From: a virus
Reading direction: 5' to 3' (one strand)
Length of the DNA stretch: 64,000 nucleotides
Virus record (IMG/VR): IMGVR_UViG_3300032893_000001
Location: 120,954-184,953 of that record
Both the position numbers and the translations under genes were made by a program. Below, one piece after another: positions 35,547 through 44,066 of this stretch (positions are counted from its first letter, which is position 1; every line of letters begins with the position of its first letter). The notes under the pieces are model-generated. The model was not told the DNA's origin. It ran no database searches and saw only the letters and a list, made by a program, of their open reading frames with translations.

Positions 35547-38500
35547 GATTGCGGCGCTTTCTGCGTTCCTTGCTCGGTGTCTTTCGAATCGTTCCCGGTG
35601 TTGTTGGCGACCTGCTGCGTGAAACGAGCGGTGCTCTTGATGGCGGTACCGACCTCGGGATCGCCCATCGTACCGGCGATTCGCGCGAGGTGCTCCTCGA
35701 TCTTAGCAAGCAACGGATCTTGTTCTCGTTGCGACGCCTCCGTCTTCTCTTTGGCTGCTTTCTGTCGAGCTGCTTGCACCTCGCGTCCGGCAGCGCCGCG
35801 GCCCGCCGCAAGGTCCTGGATAGCCTCTGCGTTTCCGGAGGCGAGCATGCTCGAGATGTCCTTGCGCGCCTCTTCGGAGAGATCGCCGACGTTCACGCCG
35901 CTCTTGGCCAGCAACTGATTCGCTGCCAAGGACGGGTCCTTCTTGGCGAGCTCCTGGAACTTCCGCAGGTCTCCACCTCGGAACTGCACTCCTAGGGAGC
36001 TTCCGATCGCGTAGGCGCTTCCGCCCTTCTTGAGCTTCGCCTCGATCTTCGCGCGCTCTGCTGCATCCGAGCGGAGCTCCGAAGCTTGATCGAACTGCCC
36101 CTGCTTCTCGAGTTCGGATGCCAGCTTCCGCTTCTGAGCGACGGACAGGCCACGAATCTGAGACTCGTACGAGCCTTGCTCTGTCGCGAGTTCCTTGAGG
36201 AGCTCGGAATCCGTGGTTTCTCCAACCATGGATTGTCGGTCGATGCTCGAAAGCTTGCCCTGCATCGCCTTGATGATGCCCCCAGCGTCCTTGCCGAGTG
36301 CCGAAGTGATCGCTGCCTCGGTGCCCGCCGACAAGACCAATTTTCCAGACTTGTCCGTGGTCGCGTACCCGCTGAGCGTGAGCGAACGCGCTTGCTGCTG
36401 CGCTCCGCGACTCATCTCGCGAGCGAGAATACGCGTCTTCTCTTCTTGCTGGCCCTTGGCGACGGCTGAGAGCTGCGACGGAGAGCTCTTCACGGCGTCC
36501 ACGGACATACCGCGTCGGCGGGCGATCGCTGCCCACTCTTCTTCTGTCGGCTCTCGCTTCTCCTTCTGAGCCTTCTCGTACAGGTCGAAGGAGTCGGCAG
36601 CCGCTGCCATCTGCTTCAAAGCCTCTCGCTGCTCGGGCGGGAGATCTTCTTTCAGCAACATGTCTTCGATCTTGTCTCGAGACGCCTGGTCGCCTGAGTA
36701 GATGCCGGAGATCAGCGACTTGCCTTCTTGCGAGTTCAAGTACTCGCCCTTGGCTGCTGCCGCACGTCGATCGGTGACGGTCTTCCAGTAGCCCCCGGTG
36801 AGTCCCGTGAGAACCTTGTCGACAACCGACATCCCTTCGGTCTGCTTGTCGATCTTGCGAGCTCCGAGCATACCGAGAAGTCCCTCTGCAAATTCGGGAC
36901 GTCCCCTCTTGGCCGCGGGCATCGCCATCGCCTGCCCATAGGCCAAGTTCTTCTCGTCCATCGTGGCAAAACCACCGCTCAAAGAAGAGAGGGTACTCGG
37001 CGGACCCTTCTCTCCCATCATCTGTCGAGCGATCTTCTGCCGCTCCTCCGGCGTATTGGCCGACCGAATGTTCATCAGTGCGGCCGCGGCGTCCTTGTCA
37101 CCAGCGTTCGCGCGCTGCGCGAGCACCTGGGTCAATTGATCGAGCTTCGCGTTGCCGTGCACGTCCTTGAGAGAAGGATCTCGAAGAGCAGCTTGCGTTG
37201 CGTAGTACGCCCCCTGCGCCATGTTCGTACGTCTTTGGAGATCGTCCGCTCCGCCGACACCACGGAACAACCCGCCGTATCCAGCAGCCTGCATTCGATC
37301 CATGTCCGAGTCGCCGAACGCGAGCTTCGACGCTCCTGAGCTAAACAACCCAGTGAGACCGATTTCGGCTGCACGGCCTACGCCCTCCCTGCGTCCGAAG
37401 AAGTTGTTGACGCCGGCTTGCGCAGACGTCCGTCCAGCGAGAGGAGAAGTACCCGTTCCGTACTTGCTTGCGATCCCCACTCCGGCGCGCGCGCCGCCAC
37501 CGAGCTGCTTCTGAAGACCAGAGCTCCCGGCGCCACGAATCGCATCCGAGTAGGCGTCCATGATCTGCTGGTCGTACTCTTCGACCGCGACGCCCGTCAG
37601 CTTGTTGATGTACGTCTCCACCATCGAGGAGAGGTCGGTGTAGAACTGAGCTCCGGCGCGTTGCAGACTGTTCTGCACCTTGTCTCTGGCTTCTTCGAAT
37701 CGTCGTTTGACGCCTTCGATGCCCTGCGTTCGGCTGAGGGTGGCCTGCCTGCGCTGGAACTCGTCTGCGCGCGCCGATGACCGCTGCTGCTCCCGCAGCC
37801 GGGGCATATCCTTCGCCATCTTCACGGCGTCCTCGAGCTCGTCCATCCCCATTCCGAGCTGCCGGGAGGCGAACATCATCGAGCGATCGTCCATTTGATC
37901 GATGTCGATGCCCTTGCTCGAAGCCCACTGCATCAGCGCCATCGTCGGGAGCATTCCCCCGAACTGCTGAAGAGCTGCACCGCGAAGGCGGCCTTCGTTG
38001 CGGAGGAACCCGGCCTTTCCGATGGAGGACAAGTTCCCACGAGCGCGGCCGCGCGTGGCCCCGATGTTCATGTCACCGGACATCCACTGTTCGACGGATG
38101 CTTGATCGAGCTGCCCATTCTGTCCCGCGACGGACGCCAAGAACATCCGTCCGCGTCCCGAACGCAGAAAACCACCAGCCTGCTCGAGCTGCCGTGTCGC
38201 GAGTGCCTGTCGGCCCTCTGCGCCGGTGAGCCCCGTGGCGTTGTAGATGTCTTCTTCCGACAGCACTCCCGCCTGCATGGCGGTTCCGATCATCCCGGCT
38301 GTGCGGATTCCTGCGAACGCGCCCTGCGCTCCACGGCCGCCGATCGCACGGGAGACCTGAGCTCCGATGTTCGCCGCCGCGGTGAGCTCGCTCGTGGCCA
38401 TGTTGCCGGCCTGAGAGAACTGGCGGATCTCGGTGGCCAATCGACGCTGGTCTCCAGAGTTGAAGATGCCCGATCCCCGCATCGCGACGACGAACTCCTG

Positions 38501-39163
38501 CGCCGCCTGCATGCTGGTTCCCATCTCCTTCGCTACGACCTTCAGTGTATCGACCATCTCGCGGAAGCGCTGAGTGAACTGGCTGACGTCGCGTACGCCG
38601 CCGCCCATTCCCATCCGCCCCATGTTCGACGCGAGCCCTTGGAGCTCTCGAATCCCGAGCATCTCCCCACCAGGCCCCTGCTGCCCCGCCATGTTGAAGA
38701 GCTGCTGGTTGATCCCCCCAAGCTGCCCCGTCGAGAAGCCCTGCCCGTACGGCGTCATGAAGTTGAAGGCGCCGCGCATCTGCTGGTTGAACGCCTGCTG
38801 CTGCTGCGCGCCCGTCCACATCTGGTTCGCCGCGTAGCTGGCGACTGCCATCGGAACCGCCACCCCTGCGGCAACACCAAGACCCGCAACGCCGGCTCCC
38901 ATCAGCCCTGCGCCCCCCATGTAGGCACCCATCCCCGCCTTGAGGCCGAGGCTCATCGGATCGAGCCCGAGCATTCCGATGCCGAGGCTCGCCAAAGGAG
39001 CTCCGACGCTCGCGGCTGCGTTCATCAGCCCGCCCGTAACGCGCTCTGCCTGAACGGGCGGCCCACCCATCCCACCGACCATGCCCGAGAACTGCATGTT
39101 CGAGGCGTACATCGACTGAAACTGCCCAGAAGCGGCAGCAATCTCAGCGGAGTTCAGCGGCAT
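35543..39163 (-). CDS. tape measure protein
   Basis: 1206 aa, helical A/G/Q/M-rich, upstream of baseplate genes. Confidence 0.7.
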   Translation of the reverse strand: MPLNSAEIAAASGQFQSMYASNMQFSGMVGGMGGPPVQAERVTGGLMNAAASVGAPLASLGIGMLGLDPMSLGLKAGMGAYMGGAGLMGAGVAGLGVAAGVAVPMAVASYAANQMWTGAQQQQAFNQQMRGAFNFMTPYGQGFSTGQLGGINQQLFNMAGQQGPGGEMLGIRELQGLASNMGRMGMGGGVRDVSQFTQRFREMVDTLKVVAKEMGTSMQAAQEFVVAMRGSGIFNSGDQRRLATEIRQFSQAGNMATSELTAAANIGAQVSRAIGGRGAQGAFAGIRTAGMIGTAMQAGVLSEEDIYNATGLTGAEGRQALATRQLEQAGGFLRSGRGRMFLASVAGQNGQLDQASVEQWMSGDMNIGATRGRARGNLSSIGKAGFLRNEGRLRGAALQQFGGMLPTMALMQWASSKGIDIDQMDDRSMMFASRQLGMGMDELEDAVKMAKDMPRLREQQRSSARADEFQRRQATLSRTQGIEGVKRRFEEARDKVQNSLQRAGAQFYTDLSSMVETYINKLTGVAVEEYDQQIMDAYSDAIRGAGSSGLQKQLGGGARAGVGIASKYGTGTSPLAGRTSAQAGVNNFFGRREGVGRAAEIGLTGLFSSGASKLAFGDSDMDRMQAAGYGGLFRGVGGADDLQRRTNMAQGAYYATQAALRDPSLKDVHGNAKLDQLTQVLAQRANAGDKDAAAALMNIRSANTPEERQKIARQMMGEKGPPSTLSSLSGGFATMDEKNLAYGQAMAMPAAKRGRPEFAEGLLGMLGARKIDKQTEGMSVVDKVLTGLTGGYWKTVTDRRAAAAKGEYLNSQEGKSLISGIYSGDQASRDKIEDMLLKEDLPPEQREALKQMAAAADSFDLYEKAQKEKREPTEEEWAAIARRRGMSVDAVKSSPSQLSAVAKGQQEEKTRILAREMSRGAQQQARSLTLSGYATTDKSGKLVLSAGTEAAITSALGKDAGGIIKAMQGKLSSIDRQSMVGETTDSELLKELATEQGSYESQIRGLSVAQKRKLASELEKQGQFDQASELRSDAAERAKIEAKLKKGGSAYAIGSSLGVQFRGGDLRKFQELAKKDPSLAANQLLAKSGVNVGDLSEEARKDISSMLASGNAEAIQDLAAGRGAAGREVQAARQKAAKEKTEASQREQDPLLAKIEEHLARIAGTMGDPEVGTAIKSTARFTQQVANNTGNDSKDTEQGTQKAPQS

Positions 39164-39184
39164 GTCCGAAGGCTACCACGAACC

Positions 39185-39232
39185 ACAAAAAAGGGCGCGA
39201 AGGCGGCATAAGAAGAACAAGGAGGCACTACC
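39185..39232 (+). promoter_or_regulatory. promoter (ACAA-N19-ATAAGA) and RBS
   Basis: ATAAGA 39208-39213, AAGGAGG; divergent from tape measure. Confidence 0.7.
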
Positions 39233-39418
39233 ATGGACAAGAACTGCATCAAGAAATACCTGTATCCCGAGGACACCAACGCCGGCCCGCTCAGCGGCTT
39301 CGAAGACTGGCGCTTGTTCTGCCTGCTGGTACAGGAACAAGAAGAAGCGAAGCGCCGCAGGGAGACCCAGACGCGGCTGCTCGCAATGGTGGGCGACGGA
39401 CGGGGGTTCCTGCGCTGA
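39233..39418 (+). CDS. small hypothetical protein
   Basis: 61 aa in promoter-gene-terminator cassette. Confidence 0.7.
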   Translation: MDKNCIKKYLYPEDTNAGPLSGFEDWRLFCLLVQEQEEAKRRRETQTRLLAMVGDGRGFLR

Positions 39419-39424
39419 TCGAGT

Positions 39425-39552
39425 AGAAGAAGGGCACCCCCTTCTTCTTAGCCCAGAGGGCGCAATTTCCAGGGTGAATCGGGCATAAGAACTCTGAGAG
39501 TTCAGCTCTCTTTAGCCCGCGCGCACATTCCGGAGCCGTTGGCGGCATAAGA
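39425..39552 (+). promoter_or_regulatory. terminator-promoter-terminator-promoter tandem (empty cassette)
   Basis: hairpin+TTAGCCC 39425-39454; GCAA 39462/ATAAGA 39485; GAGAG-TTCAG-CTCTC+TTTAGCCC 39496-39518; ATAAGA 39547. Confidence 0.75.
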
Positions 39553-39572
39553 AGAACGAAGGAGGTCTTTCC

Positions 39573-40202
39573 ATGCGCATCTACATTTCGATTCTCATCG
39601 CGAGCCTGTTCCTGGTCGCGTGCGGTACGGACACCACGACGAACAACAAGCAGGGCAGCGGCGATCCCGCCTGCTCTTCGAGCGCGCCGCTCTGCACCGG
39701 CGATCCTGGCCCGCAAGGACCCACGGGTCCTCAAGGCCCTGCGGGTCCTGCCGGCCCGCAAGGACCAAAGGGCGATCCTGGCACCATCGGCGCCACCGGT
39801 CCCCAAGGCCCTCAAGGAGATCCTGGATTGCAAGGTCCTGCGGGACCCGCGGGTCCCCAGGGAGCTCAAGGTGTCCAAGGCGTTCAAGGCCCTGCGGGTC
39901 CCCAAGGCCCCGCCGGCACGTCGATCTCCAAGTCGAAGCTCTACGTCGTGAACTGGCAGAACAACGCCAACACGAACTACCAGCAAGTCGATAAGGGTGA
40001 CATCTACTGCAACAACAACTCGGACGTCCTCATCTCTGGCGGCGTCTACTACAACATGAGCACACCCAACCTCGGCGAGGTCGTCTGCATCCCGATCAAC
40101 CCGACGGATACGACCAAGCAGGCAGGCATGGAGTGCCAGGTGCGCTCCAACACGTCTCCGTACCTCGTTTGGCACATGTGGGCGCTCTGCTCGACACCAT
40201 GA
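39573..40202 (+). CDS. collagen-like lipoprotein
   Basis: signal peptide with lipobox LVAC, then about 24 Gly-X-Y triplets (GPQGPAGPQ). Confidence 0.85.
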   Translation: MRIYISILIASLFLVACGTDTTTNNKQGSGDPACSSSAPLCTGDPGPQGPTGPQGPAGPAGPQGPKGDPGTIGATGPQGPQGDPGLQGPAGPAGPQGAQGVQGVQGPAGPQGPAGTSISKSKLYVVNWQNNANTNYQQVDKGDIYCNNNSDVLISGGVYYNMSTPNLGEVVCIPINPTDTTKQAGMECQVRSNTSPYLVWHMWALCSTP

Positions 40203-40213
40203 GGGAGGAAGAC

Positions 40214-41224
40214 ATGGTAACAACCACACCGCCGTCAAGTGCCACACGCAACCTGCGTGCTGTCGTCTTCTCGAACTTCCCCGGACAGCTCTTCGAAAAG
40301 AGTCTCCGGCCGAGGTTCGAGAGGTACGGCATCGACATCGTCAAGGTCGCCAACCTCGACAAGTCGAAGTCGACCAGCGTCGAAGGGGCCGACATCATCG
40401 TCGCGATGATCGAGCTCATGAGCGCCGGGCAACGAAACGCAGCGAAAGACCTGGCCAAGCACACCGGGAAGTACTTCGTCGGCCTTCCAAACAAGGGGGA
40501 CTGGGGAAAGTACCTCTCTCACTTCCCACGCCCGCCGCGCCTGACACCTGTTCCAAACAAGCAGCAAGCGCCGCCGAGCACTCCTCGACCCCTTCCAGAA
40601 GCCCCAGAGCCTCCGGAGCCGTCACTGCAAGACCTGAAGGAGACCCTCGAACTCTACGAGATGGAGACCGAGAAGCTTCAAGAGGCCAAGACGACTCTCG
40701 AGGCTACGCTGAAAGAGCGGGAGACGGCGCTGCTCAATCACGCAGCGAACGTCGAGAAGCTGAGGAAAGAGAACCAGACGCTCGAAGAGCGCCTCGCGGA
40801 GCAGACGCGCATCCGCGGGGAGCTTGAAGTCGGGTTCACCAACCTTCGCAAGCACACCGATGGCCTCGAGAGGCAGCTCGAGGCCGCCAAAAGGGTGAGC
40901 AACGACTCCCCCAATGACTCCTCACCGGCAATGAGGGCAGTGAACACACGCCTGAAGGGCCGTGTGTCCGCTCTCGAGCAGCAACTCAACACGGCAGTTT
41001 CGGAAATGCAGGATGCAAAGATTCGAGCCGATCGACTCGAAGAGCAACTTCGAACTGCCAGTCGCAGCAATACGCAGATCGCTCTGGCCAAGGAGCTGCT
41101 TCTCGACTGGAGCCGCGCCATCAAGATGGTTCAGAGTGGAGACGCTCGCGGATACAAGAAGCTACTGGAGGTCGCTGCCCAGCATGGGCTCGACATCCCA
41201 ACGGTGCTCTCGATCATCCAGTAG
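40214..41224 (+). CDS. DUF2325-like alpha/beta domain plus long coiled coil
   Basis: GADIIVAMIELMS...AKDLAK..GK.F, Pro-rich linker, heptad repeats. Confidence 0.6.
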   Translation: MVTTTPPSSATRNLRAVVFSNFPGQLFEKSLRPRFERYGIDIVKVANLDKSKSTSVEGADIIVAMIELMSAGQRNAAKDLAKHTGKYFVGLPNKGDWGKYLSHFPRPPRLTPVPNKQQAPPSTPRPLPEAPEPPEPSLQDLKETLELYEMETEKLQEAKTTLEATLKERETALLNHAANVEKLRKENQTLEERLAEQTRIRGELEVGFTNLRKHTDGLERQLEAAKRVSNDSPNDSSPAMRAVNTRLKGRVSALEQQLNTAVSEMQDAKIRADRLEEQLRTASRSNTQIALAKELLLDWSRAIKMVQSGDARGYKKLLEVAAQHGLDIPTVLSIIQ

Positions 41225-41272
41225 CTGACGATTCCAGAGGAAAGGAGGGAATAAGAACAACAAGGAGGCACT

Positions 41273-41614
41273 ATGATCTTCATGTTCCTGGGGGTCGCCG
41301 CTGGCGTGAAGCTGGCGTGCACAGCCCTCGATCTTGTTCACACGTCCGCTGACGCTCGGCGCGCCAGTAAGACCGGGGGCAATCTCAAAGCCCTCGGTCC
41401 CGTGATTCCGTACAGACCGCCGGTCCGGCTCTACTCCACTGTGGAGGAGGGTATGTGCGGCGAAGACGAAGGCTCCTTCCCGGAGCACGAACGAGCGCAG
41501 GCTCGACTCCGCGCAGAGGCACGCTTTGCAAGCGTCGCCAAGGACTGGCCTCGTTGCAGCCACTGCGGCGAGCCCGTCATGAACCCGAAGAAGTACTTCG
41601 AGAGGGTCGCATGA
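41273..41614 (+). CDS. hypothetical protein
   Basis: ATAAGA 41251 + AAGGAGG; hydrophobic N-terminus, CSHC. Confidence 0.65.
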   Translation: MIFMFLGVAAGVKLACTALDLVHTSADARRASKTGGNLKALGPVIPYRPPVRLYSTVEEGMCGEDEGSFPEHERAQARLRAEARFASVAKDWPRCSHCGEPVMNPKKYFERVA

Positions 41615-41751
41615 CCCTCGAGAAGGATGTCCTACGCGTCCCGTTCGGGGAGGTCGCGAAGGTCAAAGAGCCCAGCCCCCGGAAAAACAACAACAAGAAA
41701 CGGTATAAGAAGATTGATGGGAGACCTACCCATTCAACCAAGGAGGCAACC

Positions 41752-42006
41752 ATGAGCATCGACACGAACAAGACCATCGACACGAACAAGACCATCGACA
41801 CGAACAAGTCGGAGCAGGCGAAGGCATTCGAGCCGTCGACATTCAGCGAATCGCTCAGCACCCACGTCGGCGAGTTCTCCACCGCGTTCTCGTACGCAGC
41901 AGGCGCCGTCGCCGGTGGTCTCGTGATCGTCGGCATCGCGACGCTCGTGCAGAAGGGTGTCAACGCCGCCTTCGGTGGCGCGGCCGACCCGATCGACACG
42001 GAGTAG
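41752..42006 (+). CDS. small membrane protein with N-terminal IDTNKT repeats
   Basis: AAGGAGG RBS, C-terminal TM helix. Confidence 0.7.
   Translation: MSIDTNKTIDTNKTIDTNKSEQAKAFEPSTFSESLSTHVGEFSTAFSYAAGAVAGGLVIVGIATLVQKGVNAAFGGAADPIDTE
41757..41808 (+). repeat. 18-bp tandem repeat (about 2.9 copies)
   Basis: CATCGACACGAACAAGAC x2 plus 16 nt. Confidence 0.9.
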
Positions 42007-42014
42007 CAGTACCG

Positions 42015-42083
42015 GAAGAAGGAACCCCACGGGGTTCCTTCTTTTTAGCTCCGTGCAAAATACAGGTATTCTCCGAGATAAGA
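42015..42083 (+). promoter_or_regulatory. terminator (GAAGGAACCCC/GGGGTTCCTTC + TTTTTAGCTCC) abutting promoter
   Basis: GCAA 42055-42058, ATAAGA 42078-42083. Confidence 0.8.
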
Positions 42084-42230
42084 ATCGTGGAGGAAGAGAC
42101 TGCTCTTACGTGTGGTGGACCAACCGAGGGCTTGCCCTCTGCATGGACTGCCTCCTTACCACGTAGGAGTAGGGACGCCTCTGAAAAGAACCCTGGCCGG
42201 AAGTCCAAGCCGGGGTTCTTTTCTCTACCC
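42084..42230 (+). ncRNA. candidate structured small RNA carrying an anti-Shine-Dalgarno sequence
   Basis: own promoter and terminator; 13-bp stem 42100-42112/42160-42172; TGCCTCCTTAC 42149-42159. Confidence 0.55.
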
Positions 42231-42237
42231 CTGCTAC

Positions 42238-42266
42238 GCAAGAACGCTACGTAGTAGGGGATAAGA
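42238..42266 (+). promoter_or_regulatory. promoter GCAA-N19-ATAAGA
   Basis: GCAA 42238-42241, ATAAGA 42261-42266. Confidence 0.8.
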
Positions 42267-42287
42267 ACAGTAAGGAGGCATCAAACC

Positions 42288-42479
42288 ATGGGACAATGCG
42301 AACACTGCGGCGGGGACCTAGCTGACGACCAACTCCACGTGCTGAGCGAGTGCTTCACGCACTTGTACGATCGCATCGACAAACTCGAAGAGGAAAACCG
42401 CGGGTTGAAGCAAGCCGTGGAGGCGTACAAGCGCCAACTCAAGAAGATCACCGCGACGGCCCCTCCTTCCGTCGTGTAG
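42288..42479 (+). CDS. small Cys/His + coiled-coil protein
   Basis: CEHCG...H...C then leucine-zipper-like segment. Confidence 0.7.
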   Translation: MGQCEHCGGDLADDQLHVLSECFTHLYDRIDKLEEENRGLKQAVEAYKRQLKKITATAPPSVV

Positions 42480-42549
42480 CGTTGCCCGTCTTTGACGGGT
42501 GACGGCGAGAGACAGCCGGGCTTCCCCCCACTCGGCTGTCTCTCGTTTT

Positions 42550-42843
42550 TTAGCCCCGTGGCACGCGCATATGCTGAACGCCGTTCGGTGTCTCCTGTGC
42601 GGGTGCAGAAGCCGCCTCCTTCTTCTTGCGAATGGGGGAGCGCTTCTCCATCGGCTTCGTCAAGTTGGTCACCGCGGTCGTTACGATCTCCTCGCAGTTC
42701 GCGCAGAGGTCGTCGTAGGACGCGACGGAGTGCCCCCGTACAGTGATCGTGAGCGCGGGGTAGTCGCTCTCAGGAGCCTCCTCGACGTACTCCGTGCGAT
42801 TGCAGCGGCCACACTCGATTGCAACAACGGACTTTCGTGCCAT
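42550..42843 (-). CDS. zinc-binding hypothetical protein
   Basis: MARKSVVAIECGRC...DLCANC. Confidence 0.65.
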   Translation of the reverse strand: MARKSVVAIECGRCNRTEYVEEAPESDYPALTITVRGHSVASYDDLCANCEEIVTTAVTNLTKPMEKRSPIRKKKEAASAPAQETPNGVQHMRVPRG

Positions 42844-42926
42844 CTTCTTCTCCCGGTAGCTTTCCTTCTTGTACCCCTTCAATCGGACCCTGAAAAGAGG
42901 AATAAGAAGAACAAGGAGGCACTACC

Positions 42927-43247
42927 ATGGACACTCAAATCGACAAGGTCTGCAAAGAGAAGCTCACAAGGAACCTGCTCAAGGTCGCGAAGTACAACCA
43001 CGCAGCGTCTTCCTTCTTGCACCAGCAGCGCTACGAGCAGGCGATGCTGCACTTCTCTTGGACGCTGGACGTCATCGATAACGGCGTCGACATCTGCAAG
43101 GCAGGACTGACTAACGGCGTCGACAAGGAGAAGTACGCAGATCACCTCAAGTTGCTGATGGCCCTGCGCAACTCGATCGAGACGACGATGACGTTCATCT
43201 CGGTCGCGATGCACGCCGCCGGCGGCGCGGACCAGCCCGTCAACTAG
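42927..43247 (+). CDS. hypothetical protein
   Basis: promoter TCAA-N19-ATAAGA, AAGGAGG RBS, UUCG terminator + TTTTTTAGCCCC at 43255-43288. Confidence 0.75.
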   Translation: MDTQIDKVCKEKLTRNLLKVAKYNHAASSFLHQQRYEQAMLHFSWTLDVIDNGVDICKAGLTNGVDKEKYADHLKLLMALRNSIETTMTFISVAMHAAGGADQPVN

Positions 43248-43459
43248 GCGGGAGAAGAGGCACCTTCGGGTGCCTCTTTTTTAGCCCCGTCATGGGTCTT
43301 CCACCAAAGGTAGGTCTTGATCGCCGCTCGCTCGAGGTTGTCGAGAGGGCCATCCTTCAGGTGCTCCTGAAACCATGCGTTGAAGGCATCGAGATCTGCA
43401 TCGACTTCTTTCTCGAGTGCCTTGCCATCGTGCAGGTTGTCTGCTTGAACGGAAATCAT
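43244..43459 (-). CDS. hypothetical protein
   Basis: MISVQADNL..., GGAGG RBS. Confidence 0.6.
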   Translation of the reverse strand: MISVQADNLHDGKALEKEVDADLDAFNAWFQEHLKDGPLDNLERAAIKTYLWWKTHDGAKKEAPEGASSPA

Positions 43460-43468
43460 CACGCCTCC

Positions 43469-43876
43469 ATGCTCCACTACGCCAACAAGAAAGACATCGA
43501 GCGGCTCGCCGAGCTCGAGACGTTGTTGTTCCCAGACAACTGCCTCAACGAGCACTCACTCTACGAGGAGCTCGGCACCAGCAGGGCGTTCATCTGGAGA
43601 AGACCTGCCATCGGGTACTGCCTCGTACGATTCGGTCCGGAGATCATCGATCTACTTCGCGTGGGGGTGCACCCGGACTTTCAAGGACGAGGCGTCGGAC
43701 AGAGCATGCTGGAAGAGGTGCTGAAGCACGCGTACATACCCGTCATGCTCACGGTCCGAAGGGATAACACCCGAGCTCGCGGTCTGTACGACAAGCTCGG
43801 GTTCCGAGTGATCGGTATGCTGCCGCAGACGGATGGACTCCTGATGCTTCGACCGCTCACATCCGAGTCGACGTGA
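43469..43876 (+). CDS. GNAT acetyltransferase (RimI-like)
   Basis: VGVHPDFQGRGVGQSML and LTVRRDN..ARGLYDKLGF motifs. Confidence 0.88.
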   Translation: MLHYANKKDIERLAELETLLFPDNCLNEHSLYEELGTSRAFIWRRPAIGYCLVRFGPEIIDLLRVGVHPDFQGRGVGQSMLEEVLKHAYIPVMLTVRRDNTRARGLYDKLGFRVIGMLPQTDGLLMLRPLTSEST

Positions 43877-44066
43877 ACTGCGCGCCGCAGTTGCAGCGGA
43901 GCACCTGCTGGCCCTTCGCTGTCGCCGACGGAACCGCGTTCGCAGCACCGCACTTCGGGCAGCAGATCTTCCGCATGCCTCCCGCCGCACTCTCGTAGAC
44001 GACCTTCGTTCCGTTGGGCAACACCTTGACGTGATCGAGGCTGTCGGTTCGCTGAATAGGCTTCAT
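43857..44066 (-). CDS. zinc-ribbon protein
   Basis: CPKCG...CNCG. Confidence 0.65.
   Translation of the reverse strand: MKPIQRTDSLDHVKVLPNGTKVVYESAAGGMRKICCPKCGAANAVPSATAKGQQVLRCNCGAQFTSTRM

Noticed and set aside
33318-35918. Long plus-strand ORFs (also 50750-52579, 59117-61435, 26409-27767, 37895-39211)
   Set aside because: Antisense shadows of real minus-strand genes in high-GC DNA; Arg-rich, no RBS or motifs
1796-43288. TTAGCCC hairpins as integron attC sites
   Set aside because: Lack paired RYYYAAC/GTTRRRY boxes and no integrase in the window; they fit terminators better
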